This document shows positions 1-8,782 of a DNA stretch of 64,000 nt, piece by piece (position 1 is the stretch's first letter; each line of letters begins with the position of its first letter). The stretch is from NCBI GenBank assembly GCA_040902005.1, contig JBBDYA010000100.1, forward strand, positions 1-64,000, read 5' to 3'. Made by a program: the position numbers and the translations under genes. Origin of the DNA: Gemmatimonadaceae bacterium (GTDB lineage Bacteria; Gemmatimonadota; Gemmatimonadetes; Gemmatimonadales; Gemmatimonadaceae). The notes beneath the pieces were generated by a model that was not told the origin of the DNA, did not search any database, and worked only from the letters and a program-made list of their open reading frames with translations.

Positions 1-81
1 GATCTCTCGCGTCCAAGTATTGGTACTGGCTCGCGCCGGCCGGAACACCTCGCCCGGGCCCCTTGGTTTTTCAGAGCTTCC

Positions 82-783
82 CTAGTCGAGCGCGCGCTGC
101 CCCATGCGCCGGCGCCCGTCGAGCGAGCGGATCATGCGGCGGAACTCCGGACGGGAGAGCGGGCGGGACACGCGGTACATCCGGCGCCACATCGTGTAGA
201 GCAGCCGTCGCAGCTCGGCGGCGCTGAGCGATTTTCGTCGCGTGCCCATCGGCTGATAGTAGAGGACGAGCGGCACCGGCTTGTGTTTCTTGCCCATCGA
301 CGGCTGAAAGTAGGGGAAGTCCAGCGCGATCACGCCCTCGCGCCGCACCAGGTAACGCAACCAGGGATTGTCGGCGCGCACCTCACCGACGATGCCCGCC
401 AGCGGCCCGCCGGTCACGCGAAGCGCATCGCGCTCGAAGATCTGCCGCAATCGCTTGCGCAGGCGCAGGCCGATGCCGCTGGAGCGCTCGCGCGGCCGGA
501 TGGCCACGTAGCCGATGAGCCCAACGTTCACGTTGCCGAGATACGAGCCACTGGCCGCGCCGAGCAGCGCGCGTCCGCGCTCCGCTACCAGGAGGTGCCA
601 GTCGATGTCCGTCCAGAGCCCCTGCGCCCGCTCGCGCATCGTGGTTCGCCACTGGCCCTGTGGCTGCATCTCGGACCGCGGGAACGAATCCCGCAGCAAC
701 CGGTGCGCCCTGGCGAAACCGGAATCGTCCGCGGTCCGGATTTCGCGGATCGCCAGGCGCTCCGCGACCTTACGCCTGGCCAT
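82..783 (-). CDS. GNAT family N-acetyltransferase
   Basis: GNAT motif A-like IGYVAIRPRERSSGIG. Start placed at ATG 783 (MARRKVAERL), overlapping the end of the upstream amidohydrolase gene. Confidence 0.75.
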   Translation of the reverse strand: MARRKVAERLAIREIRTADDSGFARAHRLLRDSFPRSEMQPQGQWRTTMRERAQGLWTDIDWHLLVAERGRALLGAASGSYLGNVNVGLIGYVAIRPRERSSGIGLRLRKRLRQIFERDALRVTGGPLAGIVGEVRADNPWLRYLVRREGVIALDFPYFQPSMGKKHKPVPLVLYYQPMGTRRKSLSAAELRRLLYTMWRRMYRVSRPLSRPEFRRMIRSLDGRRRMGQRALD

Positions 784-1627
784 TCGGAATTGGCAGCTCG
801 GGCGCGGGCAGCGCCGGTGACGCCGGTGGGAGTGGCAGCTTGAACAGCACACGCGCGTTTTCGTACATGATCGCGTGCCGGTCCGCATCCGGAAGCTTGA
901 GTTGCCGCACGAAGGACACATACGACTTCATCGAGCAGATCGGCCAGTCGGACCCGTACAGGAATTTGCGCGGCTCCCCGGCGTAGAGAATGACTTCTCC
1001 GATCTGCTCTTCCATGTAGTCCTCGAACGCCTCGGTGAACTCGCCGAGGATCAACCCGGAGAAGTCCGCGTAGACATTGTGGTTCTTGTACACCACTTCC
1101 ATGCAGTCCACCAGCCACGGGTTGCCCAGGTGGCAGATGACGAGCTTCACGTTGGGATGGTCGACCGCCACCTCGTCCACCTCCAGCGGATGCGCGTACT
1201 TGAGCTTCCCCTTGGGGCTGTACGTGTCGCCGGTGTGGATCATCACCGGCACGTCGAATTCCTCGGCAAGATCGTAGACCACCCGCACGCGGTGGTCGTG
1301 GGGATAGAACGGCTCGTACCCAGGGTACAGCTTCAGCCCCTTCACGAGGCCGGCGCGGAGGAAATCCGCCAGCTCGCGCAGGTTGGCCTCGCGGTAGTTG
1401 TTGTAGCTGATGCCGGCCACGACCCCGAGGTTCTTCACGCGCTCCACGGCCTTGACGATTTCCGCGGTGCTCGGTCGATGCGGGCTCACGAGGTAGCTCG
1501 TGAGCACGAGGGAGTAGTCGACCTTCGCCTCCACCATGGCCTGCTGGAGCTTGTCGAGACTCTCATCGAGCGAGATCGCGACCTGCTCGTGGTAGTTGTT
1601 CAGATGGACGTGGCAATCGATGATCAT
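770..1627 (-). CDS. Amidohydrolase family protein (Amidohydro_2)
   Basis: IIDCHVH, GLKLYP, VMIHTG, ICHLG and YGSDWP metal-dependent hydrolase motifs. Confidence 0.9.
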   Translation of the reverse strand: MIIDCHVHLNNYHEQVAISLDESLDKLQQAMVEAKVDYSLVLTSYLVSPHRPSTAEIVKAVERVKNLGVVAGISYNNYREANLRELADFLRAGLVKGLKLYPGYEPFYPHDHRVRVVYDLAEEFDVPVMIHTGDTYSPKGKLKYAHPLEVDEVAVDHPNVKLVICHLGNPWLVDCMEVVYKNHNVYADFSGLILGEFTEAFEDYMEEQIGEVILYAGEPRKFLYGSDWPICSMKSYVSFVRQLKLPDADRHAIMYENARVLFKLPLPPASPALPAPELPIPNGQA

Positions 1628-1643
1628 CGGCAGTGGGTGCGGG

Positions 1644-2798
1644 TTACCACACGGCGGCGTTATCCAGCCAGGTATTCGACCACGCGAAGTACACGTTCAG
1701 TCGCTCGGCAGCGCGCGCGGCCTTGCACGCGTCGTACTGGATCCGCTTCGTGTTGTTGACAAGATCGTTATCGGCGGAATTTCCGGCCGGCGGATTCACG
1801 GCTCCCGGCAGCGTTCGATTCAGGCCGGTCACCACCACGCCATCCGTCGAGCCGCTTCCGCTGACCGTCAGCTTTCCTCCCACGAGCACGATCCCGTCCC
1901 AGACGTCGTTCGACGAGAAGGTGAGATTGCTGTCGGCGATGAGCAGTCCGCGGCCGTCATCCGGGATCGTGAAGCTTTTCTTGATCCGGATCACGGGCCA
2001 GAACGACTGGTCGCTGAACTGCGCCTTCGTGGGCCAATTTCCATCCGGGGGGATGGTAATGTCGGCCGGAATGGCGTCGTGATTCATGATGGCGTTCCAG
2101 TCGATCCCGATCGCCTTCTTCAAGTCATCGAGCGACCTGCTCGAGTCCACCCCCGGCGATCCGGACGGTTTGGCGCCATTCCCGCCGAACTGCCCGAGCG
2201 ACGGCACCACGGCACCCGCAACGGTCGCGCCTCCGCAGAAATCACCGCCCAGGATGGAGATGCGGCCGCCCACCGCACTGTTCGTGATGCCGTTGAGACT
2301 GGTCCACGCCCCGAGCGCCTTCACGCTCCTCGTCCCGAACGTCGCGAACTGGCCGACCGTGCGCGTGGCGAACACGGCGCCACCGCCGCCGCTGAGCCTC
2401 GCGATGGTGTCCACTCCCCTGGATCGGATCAGGAACAGACCGGGTGTGCCGTCCGCGAGCCGGCCACGCACGCGCATGGCGACGACGTCCGCGTAGCCGC
2501 CAACCAGCCCCACGCGGGTCCACTCCGAATCCACCACCGCCGGGTTCGCGACGCACGACGAACAAAACCCGGGCTCGCTACGCCGCACCAGGAACTGCTG
2601 GAGTCCGGCCTCGGCCAGCTGGTAGGCGCGAGACTGCGCGCGCATGGCGTTGTTCGTGATGACCTCGGCGCTCGTCGCGGAGTGTGCCGCGACGATGGCG
2701 GCCGTGATCAGGGCCAGCGCCAGGACCGCCATGGGCAACGCGAACCCGGAGCGGCGCCGCACCGTGGAGCCCGCCTTCTGGTCAGTTCGAACGCACAT
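1644..2798 (-). CDS. PilX-like minor pilin / pilus assembly protein
   Basis: RRRSG^FALPMAVLAL prepilin-like site, then AYQLAEAGL (PilX N-terminal-like). Last gene of the pilin cluster. Confidence 0.7.
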   Translation of the reverse strand: MCVRTDQKAGSTVRRRSGFALPMAVLALALITAAIVAAHSATSAEVITNNAMRAQSRAYQLAEAGLQQFLVRRSEPGFCSSCVANPAVVDSEWTRVGLVGGYADVVAMRVRGRLADGTPGLFLIRSRGVDTIARLSGGGGAVFATRTVGQFATFGTRSVKALGAWTSLNGITNSAVGGRISILGGDFCGGATVAGAVVPSLGQFGGNGAKPSGSPGVDSSRSLDDLKKAIGIDWNAIMNHDAIPADITIPPDGNWPTKAQFSDQSFWPVIRIKKSFTIPDDGRGLLIADSNLTFSSNDVWDGIVLVGGKLTVSGSGSTDGVVVTGLNRTLPGAVNPPAGNSADNDLVNNTKRIQYDACKAARAAERLNVYFAWSNTWLDNAAVW

Positions 2799-3690
2799 TC
2801 CTGAAGAATATCGACGCGACCACCGTGGATTGCGAGGGTGACGACCTGCCGACGGGAGTGTAGCTGCTGCGCCCCGCGAAGACGACGTCCACGCCACGAA
2901 TGAGCCCCAGCGCGGGGGGCGCGGACACCGACGACGTGGCGCCGCGCGTCCAGTACTTGAATCGAGCCGCGGCATCGAACGGCGCCATCAACTCTTCGCT
3001 GGCGCCACCGTCGACGGTCCGATACAGCCCGACGGCGCCCGGATGCGCCGTGGACGCCCGGAACGTGTACGTGATGCGCTGGAACAAGAACACCGCCTGG
3101 CCCATGGGCGCGGCGGGTTGAGGCGGCGTGAGGGCGAGCACGGCACCGGCGCGGCCATTGAGTGTGAGCGTCTGGATCTGGGCCTGCGACGCACCCGCAC
3201 CGGTGCACTGCGCGTCGTCGGCCATGACCACCGGCGCATCGGCGCCAAGCGGGCTCGCCGGAAACACGGTGGTATACCGCCCGCCATGGCTGCGCCAGGC
3301 GAATCCCGCGTACGTCGCCTGCGCCAGCGTCATCGAGTCCACGGGCAGCATGCTCACAATCGTCCTGCCGTCGGCCACGCCGCAGTTGAGGCCGAACCGG
3401 TAGGGGGCCAGCACGCGGATGGTCTTCCCGTCATCGGACGCCAGGTCGATGCCGCCAGAGTCCTGCACCATGCGCAGCTCGGACTCCAGGATGTGCATCG
3501 CCTGCCGCGACACCATGCGCGCTCCGCGCAGCGCGTTCTGCTGGTCGGTGAAGCGGCTCTGGGACAGGACCATGCGCGTGAACATGGCGCCCATGATGCC
3601 CACGATCGAGAGCGCGACGAGGATCTCCACCAGCGTGAACGCCAGCCGGGTCACACGCGCGCGCCGGGGCGCGGTCAGCACGTGGTGCAC
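2782..3690 (-). CDS. Prepilin-type N-methylation protein (PilW-like)
   Basis: RLA^FTLVEILVAL type IV pilin leader followed by a hydrophobic helix. Confidence 0.8.
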   Translation of the reverse strand: MHHVLTAPRRARVTRLAFTLVEILVALSIVGIMGAMFTRMVLSQSRFTDQQNALRGARMVSRQAMHILESELRMVQDSGGIDLASDDGKTIRVLAPYRFGLNCGVADGRTIVSMLPVDSMTLAQATYAGFAWRSHGGRYTTVFPASPLGADAPVVMADDAQCTGAGASQAQIQTLTLNGRAGAVLALTPPQPAAPMGQAVFLFQRITYTFRASTAHPGAVGLYRTVDGGASEELMAPFDAAARFKYWTRGATSSVSAPPALGLIRGVDVVFAGRSSYTPVGRSSPSQSTVVASIFFRNVRSN

Positions 3691-4106
3691 AGTGGCGTTC
3701 CCGATGCGGGACGCGTGCGGTCGATCGTGACCGAGTCCGCCCCGAACTCTCCCGCGACCGGCGCCACCACGATCTTGATCGTGTACCGCGTGCTGCCAGT
3801 CTTGGTGACCGTCAGTCTGCGCTGGAACGTGAAGTCGCCGACGAGCACCTGGGCCGAGCCGCTCGCGAGCAGCGCAACGTCCTCGATCGGCATGGCCTGG
3901 ATGCGGTCGGCCTGCTGCGCGATGGCGAAGTTGCGCTTCGTCATGAGATCGTTCATGCGACCGCGCCGTCCCACGGCGAGGGACAGCGACGCGAGCAGCA
4001 TCATCACGATCGCCAGCAGCGACGTCGCGACGATCACCTCGATGAGGGAGAAACCGGACCAGCGGCCCTCGGCCGGCGACGGCGCGGTGGTCAAACGCCT
4101 GCTCAC
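3675..4106 (-). CDS. Prepilin-type N-methylation protein (PilV-like)
   Basis: SG^FSLIEVIVA motif. GTG start at 4106 overlaps the upstream stop (GTGA). Confidence 0.75.
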   Translation of the reverse strand: MSRRLTTAPSPAEGRWSGFSLIEVIVATSLLAIVMMLLASLSLAVGRRGRMNDLMTKRNFAIAQQADRIQAMPIEDVALLASGSAQVLVGDFTFQRRLTVTKTGSTRYTIKIVVAPVAGEFGADSVTIDRTRPASGTPLCTTC

Positions 4107-4603
4107 GGCGTTCTCAGCATCCCGGACCTCGACACCCGGACGGTTCGCGAGTAGCCGCGTCGGGACACCGCGATCACCAGCGAGTCGTTCGCCAGGCCGC
4201 CGGGAAAGACGGTCAGCGTCACGGGAGAAACGGTGACTTCGCCGGCGGTGAACCCGTACTCGTTGCCCCTGCCGAATCCGGTCCGGCGATAGACTCTGTT
4301 CCCTGCGAGGTCGGTAATCTGCATTTGCATGGTCGTGCTGTTCCACCGCAGCGTGACGGGGGTGCGGTTGCGTCCCGCGATCGCGAACGCCTGCTGCACC
4401 TCCATTTGCAGTGCCTGCGCCGCCCGCCGCACCTTCGTCTGATTCGTGATGCTGGAGATCTTTGGCAGCGTCAGTGCGGTGCCGACGCCGATGAGGATCA
4501 CCACCACGAGAATCTCGATCAGCGAAAAGCCGCCGCGCTGGCGAAGCGGGCTGGAAAGCTGACGGGGGTTCGTGCGAAGGGCGGTGGGAGGCGGGCGGTA
4601 CAT
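4103..4603 (-). CDS. Minor pilin, FimT/GspH-like
   Basis: GG^FSLIEILVVVILIG motif, A..L..EVQQA...A pattern and C-terminal VSRSG. Confidence 0.8.
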   Translation of the reverse strand: MYRPPPTALRTNPRQLSSPLRQRGGFSLIEILVVVILIGVGTALTLPKISSITNQTKVRRAAQALQMEVQQAFAIAGRNRTPVTLRWNSTTMQMQITDLAGNRVYRRTGFGRGNEYGFTAGEVTVSPVTLTVFPGGLANDSLVIAVSRRGYSRTVRVSRSGMLRTP

Positions 4604-4669
4604 CGGCTATCTATTACTATAGCAATCGGGACGGCTCCCGGCTGCCTTTCCCAGGGAATATCCCGCCCT

Positions 4670-5329
4670 ATGACACCTCCCCCAGCGGGCCCCCCTCCGC
4701 CTCCCTCCCGTCGTCCCGGCCCCCCCGGCCCCCCCGGCGCCCCCGGCGATCCGCGGAGCGACTCGGTGCGCGACCTCGTGCACGCATTGTCCCTGGAGCG
4801 CACCAGGGCCGACGAGGTGTACGCGCTGCCGGAGGGCGACGAGGCGGACGACCTGGCGAAGGAGCGCGCCGTCCGGGAGGTGGTGGAGCACGCCGCGCGC
4901 CTCACGCGGGAGGTCACGCTCGCACAGCCGATCAGGTCGTACCGGTCGCGACCATTCGTCCTCGCGACCCTGGCCCTCGCGTCCCTGATCTTCTGTGCGT
5001 ACACCTACGTCGAGCGGCCGCCATGGATCTTCGGCCAGGATCCCGCGAGGTCCGCACCCGCGCAACGCGAGGCGCATCTTCGCTTCGCCATGTTTCTCGT
5101 GGCGCAGCGGCTCATGGCGCATCAGGCAACCCATGACGGCGCCTTGCCGGAGACGCTGCTTGCCGTCGGCGAGCACTGGCCCACCATCTCGTACGAGGTT
5201 GGGCCCGGCCCCACCTTCACGCTGAGCGCGCAGGTGGACGCCGGCCAGCCGATCTCGTACCGGTCCACCGACGACCTGCCGGCGTTCCTGGGTCAGAGCG
5301 CGCGCCATCTTCGCGAGCAGCGGCCGTGA
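4670..5329 (+). CDS. Hypothetical membrane-anchored protein with Pro-rich N-terminus
   Basis: ATG 4670, one TM segment (FVLATLALASLIFCAY), host-like codon usage, coupled to the next gene by GTGA. Confidence 0.6.
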   Translation: MTPPPAGPPPPPSRRPGPPGPPGAPGDPRSDSVRDLVHALSLERTRADEVYALPEGDEADDLAKERAVREVVEHAARLTREVTLAQPIRSYRSRPFVLATLALASLIFCAYTYVERPPWIFGQDPARSAPAQREAHLRFAMFLVAQRLMAHQATHDGALPETLLAVGEHWPTISYEVGPGPTFTLSAQVDAGQPISYRSTDDLPAFLGQSARHLREQRP

Positions 5330-5778
5330 GCGGCGGCGTGAGGGTGCTCCTGCTCGAAGTGCTGTCGGTCCTGGTCATCGTCGCCAGCGTGATTGCCATC
5401 GCCGTGCCGAAGGCTGGAGACCTCCGACGCGGAGAAGCGGCAGCGCGAGTCGTCAGCGACGTCGAGGTCCTGCGGACAGCGGTCTACGCGTTCTACTCGG
5501 ACAGCGCCTACTTTCCCGACGAATCGCCGACGGGCGAGCTCCAGGAGTCACTCGAGGCGTACCTCCCGTCGAGCTTCTCCCTCGCGCGATCCTACGGCAC
5601 CATGGAGTACAGGAACTGGCCAGTGGCTGCGCGCGACAGTGTCGCGGCGTCGAACGTCGTCGGCGTGACCGTGAGCACGCGGGATCCGCGGATCGGCGCC
5701 AGTGCCGCCGCACGATCGCGTGGGACCGCGCGGTTCACCATCGGGGACAGGTACACGTTCCTGTTTTTCGGCGGCTAG
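5326..5778 (+). CDS. Pilin/pseudopilin-like (GspG-like) protein
   Basis: LLEVLSVLVIVASVIAIAVP helix followed by D...LRTAVYAFYSD...FP. Confidence 0.6.
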   Translation: MSGGVRVLLLEVLSVLVIVASVIAIAVPKAGDLRRGEAAARVVSDVEVLRTAVYAFYSDSAYFPDESPTGELQESLEAYLPSSFSLARSYGTMEYRNWPVAARDSVAASNVVGVTVSTRDPRIGASAAARSRGTARFTIGDRYTFLFFGG

Positions 5779-5800
5779 AAGCGGCGAGGTACCGGGCACG

Positions 5801-5822
5801 AAAAAGCCCGCTCACGGCGGGC
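5801..5822 (-). terminator. Intrinsic terminator on the chromosomal side, downstream of the displaced tRNA 3' end
   Basis: AAAAA-GCCCGC-tcacg-GCGGGC, a hairpin followed by a U-tract on the minus strand. Confidence 0.6.
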
Positions 5823-5833
5823 CAAGTCGTTTG

Positions 5834-5876
5834 ATGGGCCTGGGAGGAGTTGAACCTCCGACCTCACGCTTATCAG
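5834..5876. repeat. att site: 43-bp direct repeat (3' part of tRNA-Ile)
   Basis: ATGGGCCTGGGAGGAGTTGAACCTCCGACCTCACGCTTATCAG is identical to 21816-21858. Confidence 0.95.
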
Positions 5877-6309
5877 CGACCGACGGCTGGCAGTTGGAGT
5901 TTGTTGTAGGAGGCTAACGCGGCATGTAGTAAGGGGATACATCCTCCACCAAGCAACAGCACCCACGGCCATCGTGCTGCAGGCAGTACCAAACTACAGG
6001 GCACTAGGTGGGCTCTAGGGTTGCCCGCCTCGCCGATCCTACGCGGATGCCCACGAGAGGTGGCGATGTCGTGCCCTGCCGGATGAACGGCAACGGTTCA
6101 CCGCGCTGTGGTGCGTGTACGAGTCGCAAGAGGTTGTCATCCCACACACCCCTCAGGCGAGGCGGCAGTACTCGCGACGGTGGTGCTCACACGGGCGTAA
6201 CTGACAAAACATTAACTGATCAGCAAGCACTCACTGCTAATGAAATCGACATGTCGCAAAACGCTAGCGGGCGTTAATGTCATTGTTCACACTGTTCAGC
6301 GAGGAGCAT

Positions 6310-6498
6310 ATGGCGGCGGACTTCGAGATTCGTAAGGCTCAAAACGGGCAGTACTGGTGGCGGCTTCAGGGCAATAACAATGAGATTCTTTGCAATAGCG
6401 AGACCTTCACAACGAAGGCCGCCGCAAAGAACGGAATAGATGCCGTTAAGCGCGTTGCTCCGACCGCGCCTGTTACTGATAAGACAGGTGAAAACTGA
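6310..6498 (+). CDS. YegP/DUF1508 family protein
   Basis: FEIRK...GQYWWRL...NNEILCNSE.FTTK..AKNGIDAVK signature. SD GAGGAG precedes ATG 6310. Confidence 0.85.
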   Translation: MAADFEIRKAQNGQYWWRLQGNNNEILCNSETFTTKAAAKNGIDAVKRVAPTAPVTDKTGEN

Positions 6499-6610
6499 GG
6501 AGCGTTCCAAGGCTTGCAGTCGGCATTTGAACGTTAGGCAGGCGACCAGCGCGTACACGCGCGACGCGACAACCGCCGATCTTACCATCTGCGCGAACAT
6601 AGGTGTCACC

Positions 6611-6928
6611 ATGTCCGACGAACTGACTCGCGCCAGGTTCACGTTCTACACGGTCCTCACGGCATTCGGGGTTCTCCTAATTGCCTTCCTCGTCACCGTG
6701 TTCGTCTTCAAGGGTGCAACGAATCCCGGCGAGACGATTCCTGCCGTGCTTGGGACCGTGACTGGCGTACTGGGGACGCTGGCCGGATACGTAGCGGGAC
6801 AAAAGGGTAAGGAAGAGGCCGAAATCAAAGCCACGAAAGCGCAGAAGCAATTAAGCGCGTTCCAAATGGCGGTAGATCCCGATGTTGCGGTGGAAGTCAG
6901 GCGTCATAACGCTGCGTTGTTCGACTGA
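6611..6928 (+). CDS. Small two-TM membrane protein
   Basis: ATG 6611 after AGGTG. Two hydrophobic segments (the second with Gly spacing, GTVTGVLGTLAGY), then a short helical tail. Confidence 0.65.
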   Translation: MSDELTRARFTFYTVLTAFGVLLIAFLVTVFVFKGATNPGETIPAVLGTVTGVLGTLAGYVAGQKGKEEAEIKATKAQKQLSAFQMAVDPDVAVEVRRHNAALFD

Positions 6929-6971
6929 CAAGAACGTTCGGCCTAGGCCACTCCCTCCACCACAGCAATAG

Positions 6972-7000
6972 AAAACCCGCCGAGGTGATCGGCGGGTTTT
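6972..7000. terminator. Bidirectional intrinsic terminator
   Basis: AAAACCCGCCGA-ggtga-TCGGCGGGTTTT between convergent genes. Confidence 0.85.
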
Positions 7001-7022
7001 CTCCTCGGAACTGTCGAGCGAC

Positions 7023-8300
7023 TCATGCAACGAGCTTCAGTCCTCCTGCTTCGCGGCGCTCGAAGGCTTCCGATACTGCTGTGGCGTGCTCCGCCTTCAC
7101 GTGGCCGTATACGCGTGCCGTGAACGCGAGATCGGTGTGGCCGAGGAGCCTGCTCACCTCCAGCAACGGCACGCCGGACAGCAGCGCCAACGTCGCGCAC
7201 GTGTGCCGCAGGACGTACAGACGGAACCTTGGTGTGAACGACCGTTCCGGTGTCGGCCCGCTACGCGGCTTCTCCCGCTCCGGTCCCCACGAGCCCAGAT
7301 CGCCAGCGCCACCATCCACTTCCCGCAGGAGGCGAGTCCACGCACGGCCGATGTTGTTCCCGACAGGCGTTCCGTCGTGGGTGGTGAAGACGAAGCCGTG
7401 CTCCTGCCAGAACTCGCCAGCCGCCCGCTTCTGCTCCTTCTGCTTCTCGCGCCATTCGGTTAGCAGCTTCGCCGTCGTGGCGGAAATCGGAACGTCCCGC
7501 TTCGAGCGCTTCGTCTTGGGTGTCGTACGCTCCCAGCCGTGCTTGGACTTGTCCACGCCAACGCGCGTCAGCGTGTGCCGGACCATTACCAACTTGGCAT
7601 CTAGGGCCACCTCGTCCCATGTGAGCGCGAACGCCTCACCCGGCCTCACACCTGTGTTCAGCAGGAGATACCAAAGCGCCGCCCAACGATCCTTAAGCGC
7701 CATTGCACGGAGTCGGGCTTCCTGCTCAGGTGTGAGTGAAAGCGCTTGATCCTCCTCGCCCGTACGCTCCTTCCGCCTCTTACCGGGGATGGTCGCGCCG
7801 TCCGTCGGATTCTTCGCCAGCTCCTCCTTGACGACGGCGAACTTAAGCGCGCGGCGTAGGAGACTGTGCAGGTGCTCGATACCGCGGACCTGCATTGGCT
7901 TCGGGCGCCGCTCCTTGAGCGCCCTGTAGAAGTTGTCGAAGTCTGATACGCGAAGGGCGCTCAACTTCTTGCTGCCGAGGAGCGGCATGTCTGACGGCGG
8001 ATTGAAAATCCACCTGCCAAGCGTCTTCTCAGTGTTATACGTGCTTTTCACGTCGTCGCGGTACGATGGGAGCCAGCGATCTCGCAGGTATTCCGCGAGC
8101 GTGGCCTTCGACAGCGTAGGCCCACGCCGCCCGTCGTCCTTCTCCCCCTCTATCTTCCGCGCCCACGCCTCAGCGCCGTCAGGACCTTTCCTACCGTCGA
8201 AGGTCTTTGACTGCCAGCGCGTCTTGTTCGTCGCTGGGTCCACGCCGAGGTAAATCTGCGCGGAGTACCGCCCGTTTCTGAGTCTCCGTATATGGGCCAT
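7023..8300 (-). CDS. int: Tyrosine recombinase / phage integrase
   Basis: N-terminal arm-binding region, TGVRPGEAFAL (R), PKTKRS (K), LYVLRHT, LGH and RVYGH (Y). SD GGAGG lies 8 nt before ATG 8300. Confidence 0.95.
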   Translation of the reverse strand: MAHIRRLRNGRYSAQIYLGVDPATNKTRWQSKTFDGRKGPDGAEAWARKIEGEKDDGRRGPTLSKATLAEYLRDRWLPSYRDDVKSTYNTEKTLGRWIFNPPSDMPLLGSKKLSALRVSDFDNFYRALKERRPKPMQVRGIEHLHSLLRRALKFAVVKEELAKNPTDGATIPGKRRKERTGEEDQALSLTPEQEARLRAMALKDRWAALWYLLLNTGVRPGEAFALTWDEVALDAKLVMVRHTLTRVGVDKSKHGWERTTPKTKRSKRDVPISATTAKLLTEWREKQKEQKRAAGEFWQEHGFVFTTHDGTPVGNNIGRAWTRLLREVDGGAGDLGSWGPEREKPRSGPTPERSFTPRFRLYVLRHTCATLALLSGVPLLEVSRLLGHTDLAFTARVYGHVKAEHATAVSEAFERREAGGLKLVA

Positions 8301-8302
8301 CG

Positions 8303-8533
8303 TCATTTCCTCCGTGTGGTGCCCTCGCGCTCCACCTTCTCCGCGAGCGCGAGCAGTCCTTTTGCGTGATTGCGGATGCGCCGGACGATCCGCGCGCGCT
8401 CCTTGGGCTTTGGTTGATACGTTCCCTGCTGCCACATGCGCGCGAGCCCAACAGACACCTCGGCCCACTCTGCAACCGTCCGCAGGGTGGGCCTTACCGT
8501 GTCGAGCAGCGCCGGGAGTGTGTTTGTTCGCAT
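8303..8533 (-). CDS. Small XRE-like HTH protein
   Basis: TLRTVAEWAEVSVGLARMWQQGTYQP fits an HTH pattern. SD AGAGGA. Lies directly upstream of int. Confidence 0.65.
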   Translation of the reverse strand: MRTNTLPALLDTVRPTLRTVAEWAEVSVGLARMWQQGTYQPKPKERARIVRRIRNHAKGLLALAEKVEREGTTRRK

Positions 8534-8568
8534 GGCGTTCCTCTCCTATAGGTTGTGACCGGGGGCGG

Positions 8569-8769
8569 CTAGCGCTCGATGCGCATGCCTAGGAGCGCCT
8601 GTGCAACGACTGCGTTGGCGCGAACATCCGAAACGCTGAGCCCGACGATTGCCCAGCCCTCCCCGTAGAGCGTTGTGTAGTCCACGTCGTAGTCGAATCC
8701 GCCCGCCTCCAACTGTTCGGTGAGTACCTCCACCTGCTTCTCAGTGAGGCCCTTGATCTCGATGTGCAT
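8569..8769 (-). CDS. Hypothetical protein
   Basis: 66-aa ORF with GGAG SD, co-oriented with its neighbours. Confidence 0.5.
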   Translation of the reverse strand: MHIEIKGLTEKQVEVLTEQLEAGGFDYDVDYTTLYGEGWAIVGLSVSDVRANAVVAQALLGMRIER

Positions 8770-8782
8770 GGGGATCTCCGCG

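Noticed and set aside
5835..5876. Second tRNA-Ile gene
   Set aside because: Only the anticodon loop to the 3' end is present. The D-arm and 5' acceptor strand are missing, so it is the att duplication.
7200..7225. Integrase inactive because HxLR reads YVLR
   Set aside because: Tyr at this position occurs in active tyrosine recombinases, and the other catalytic residues (R, K, R, H, Y) are present.
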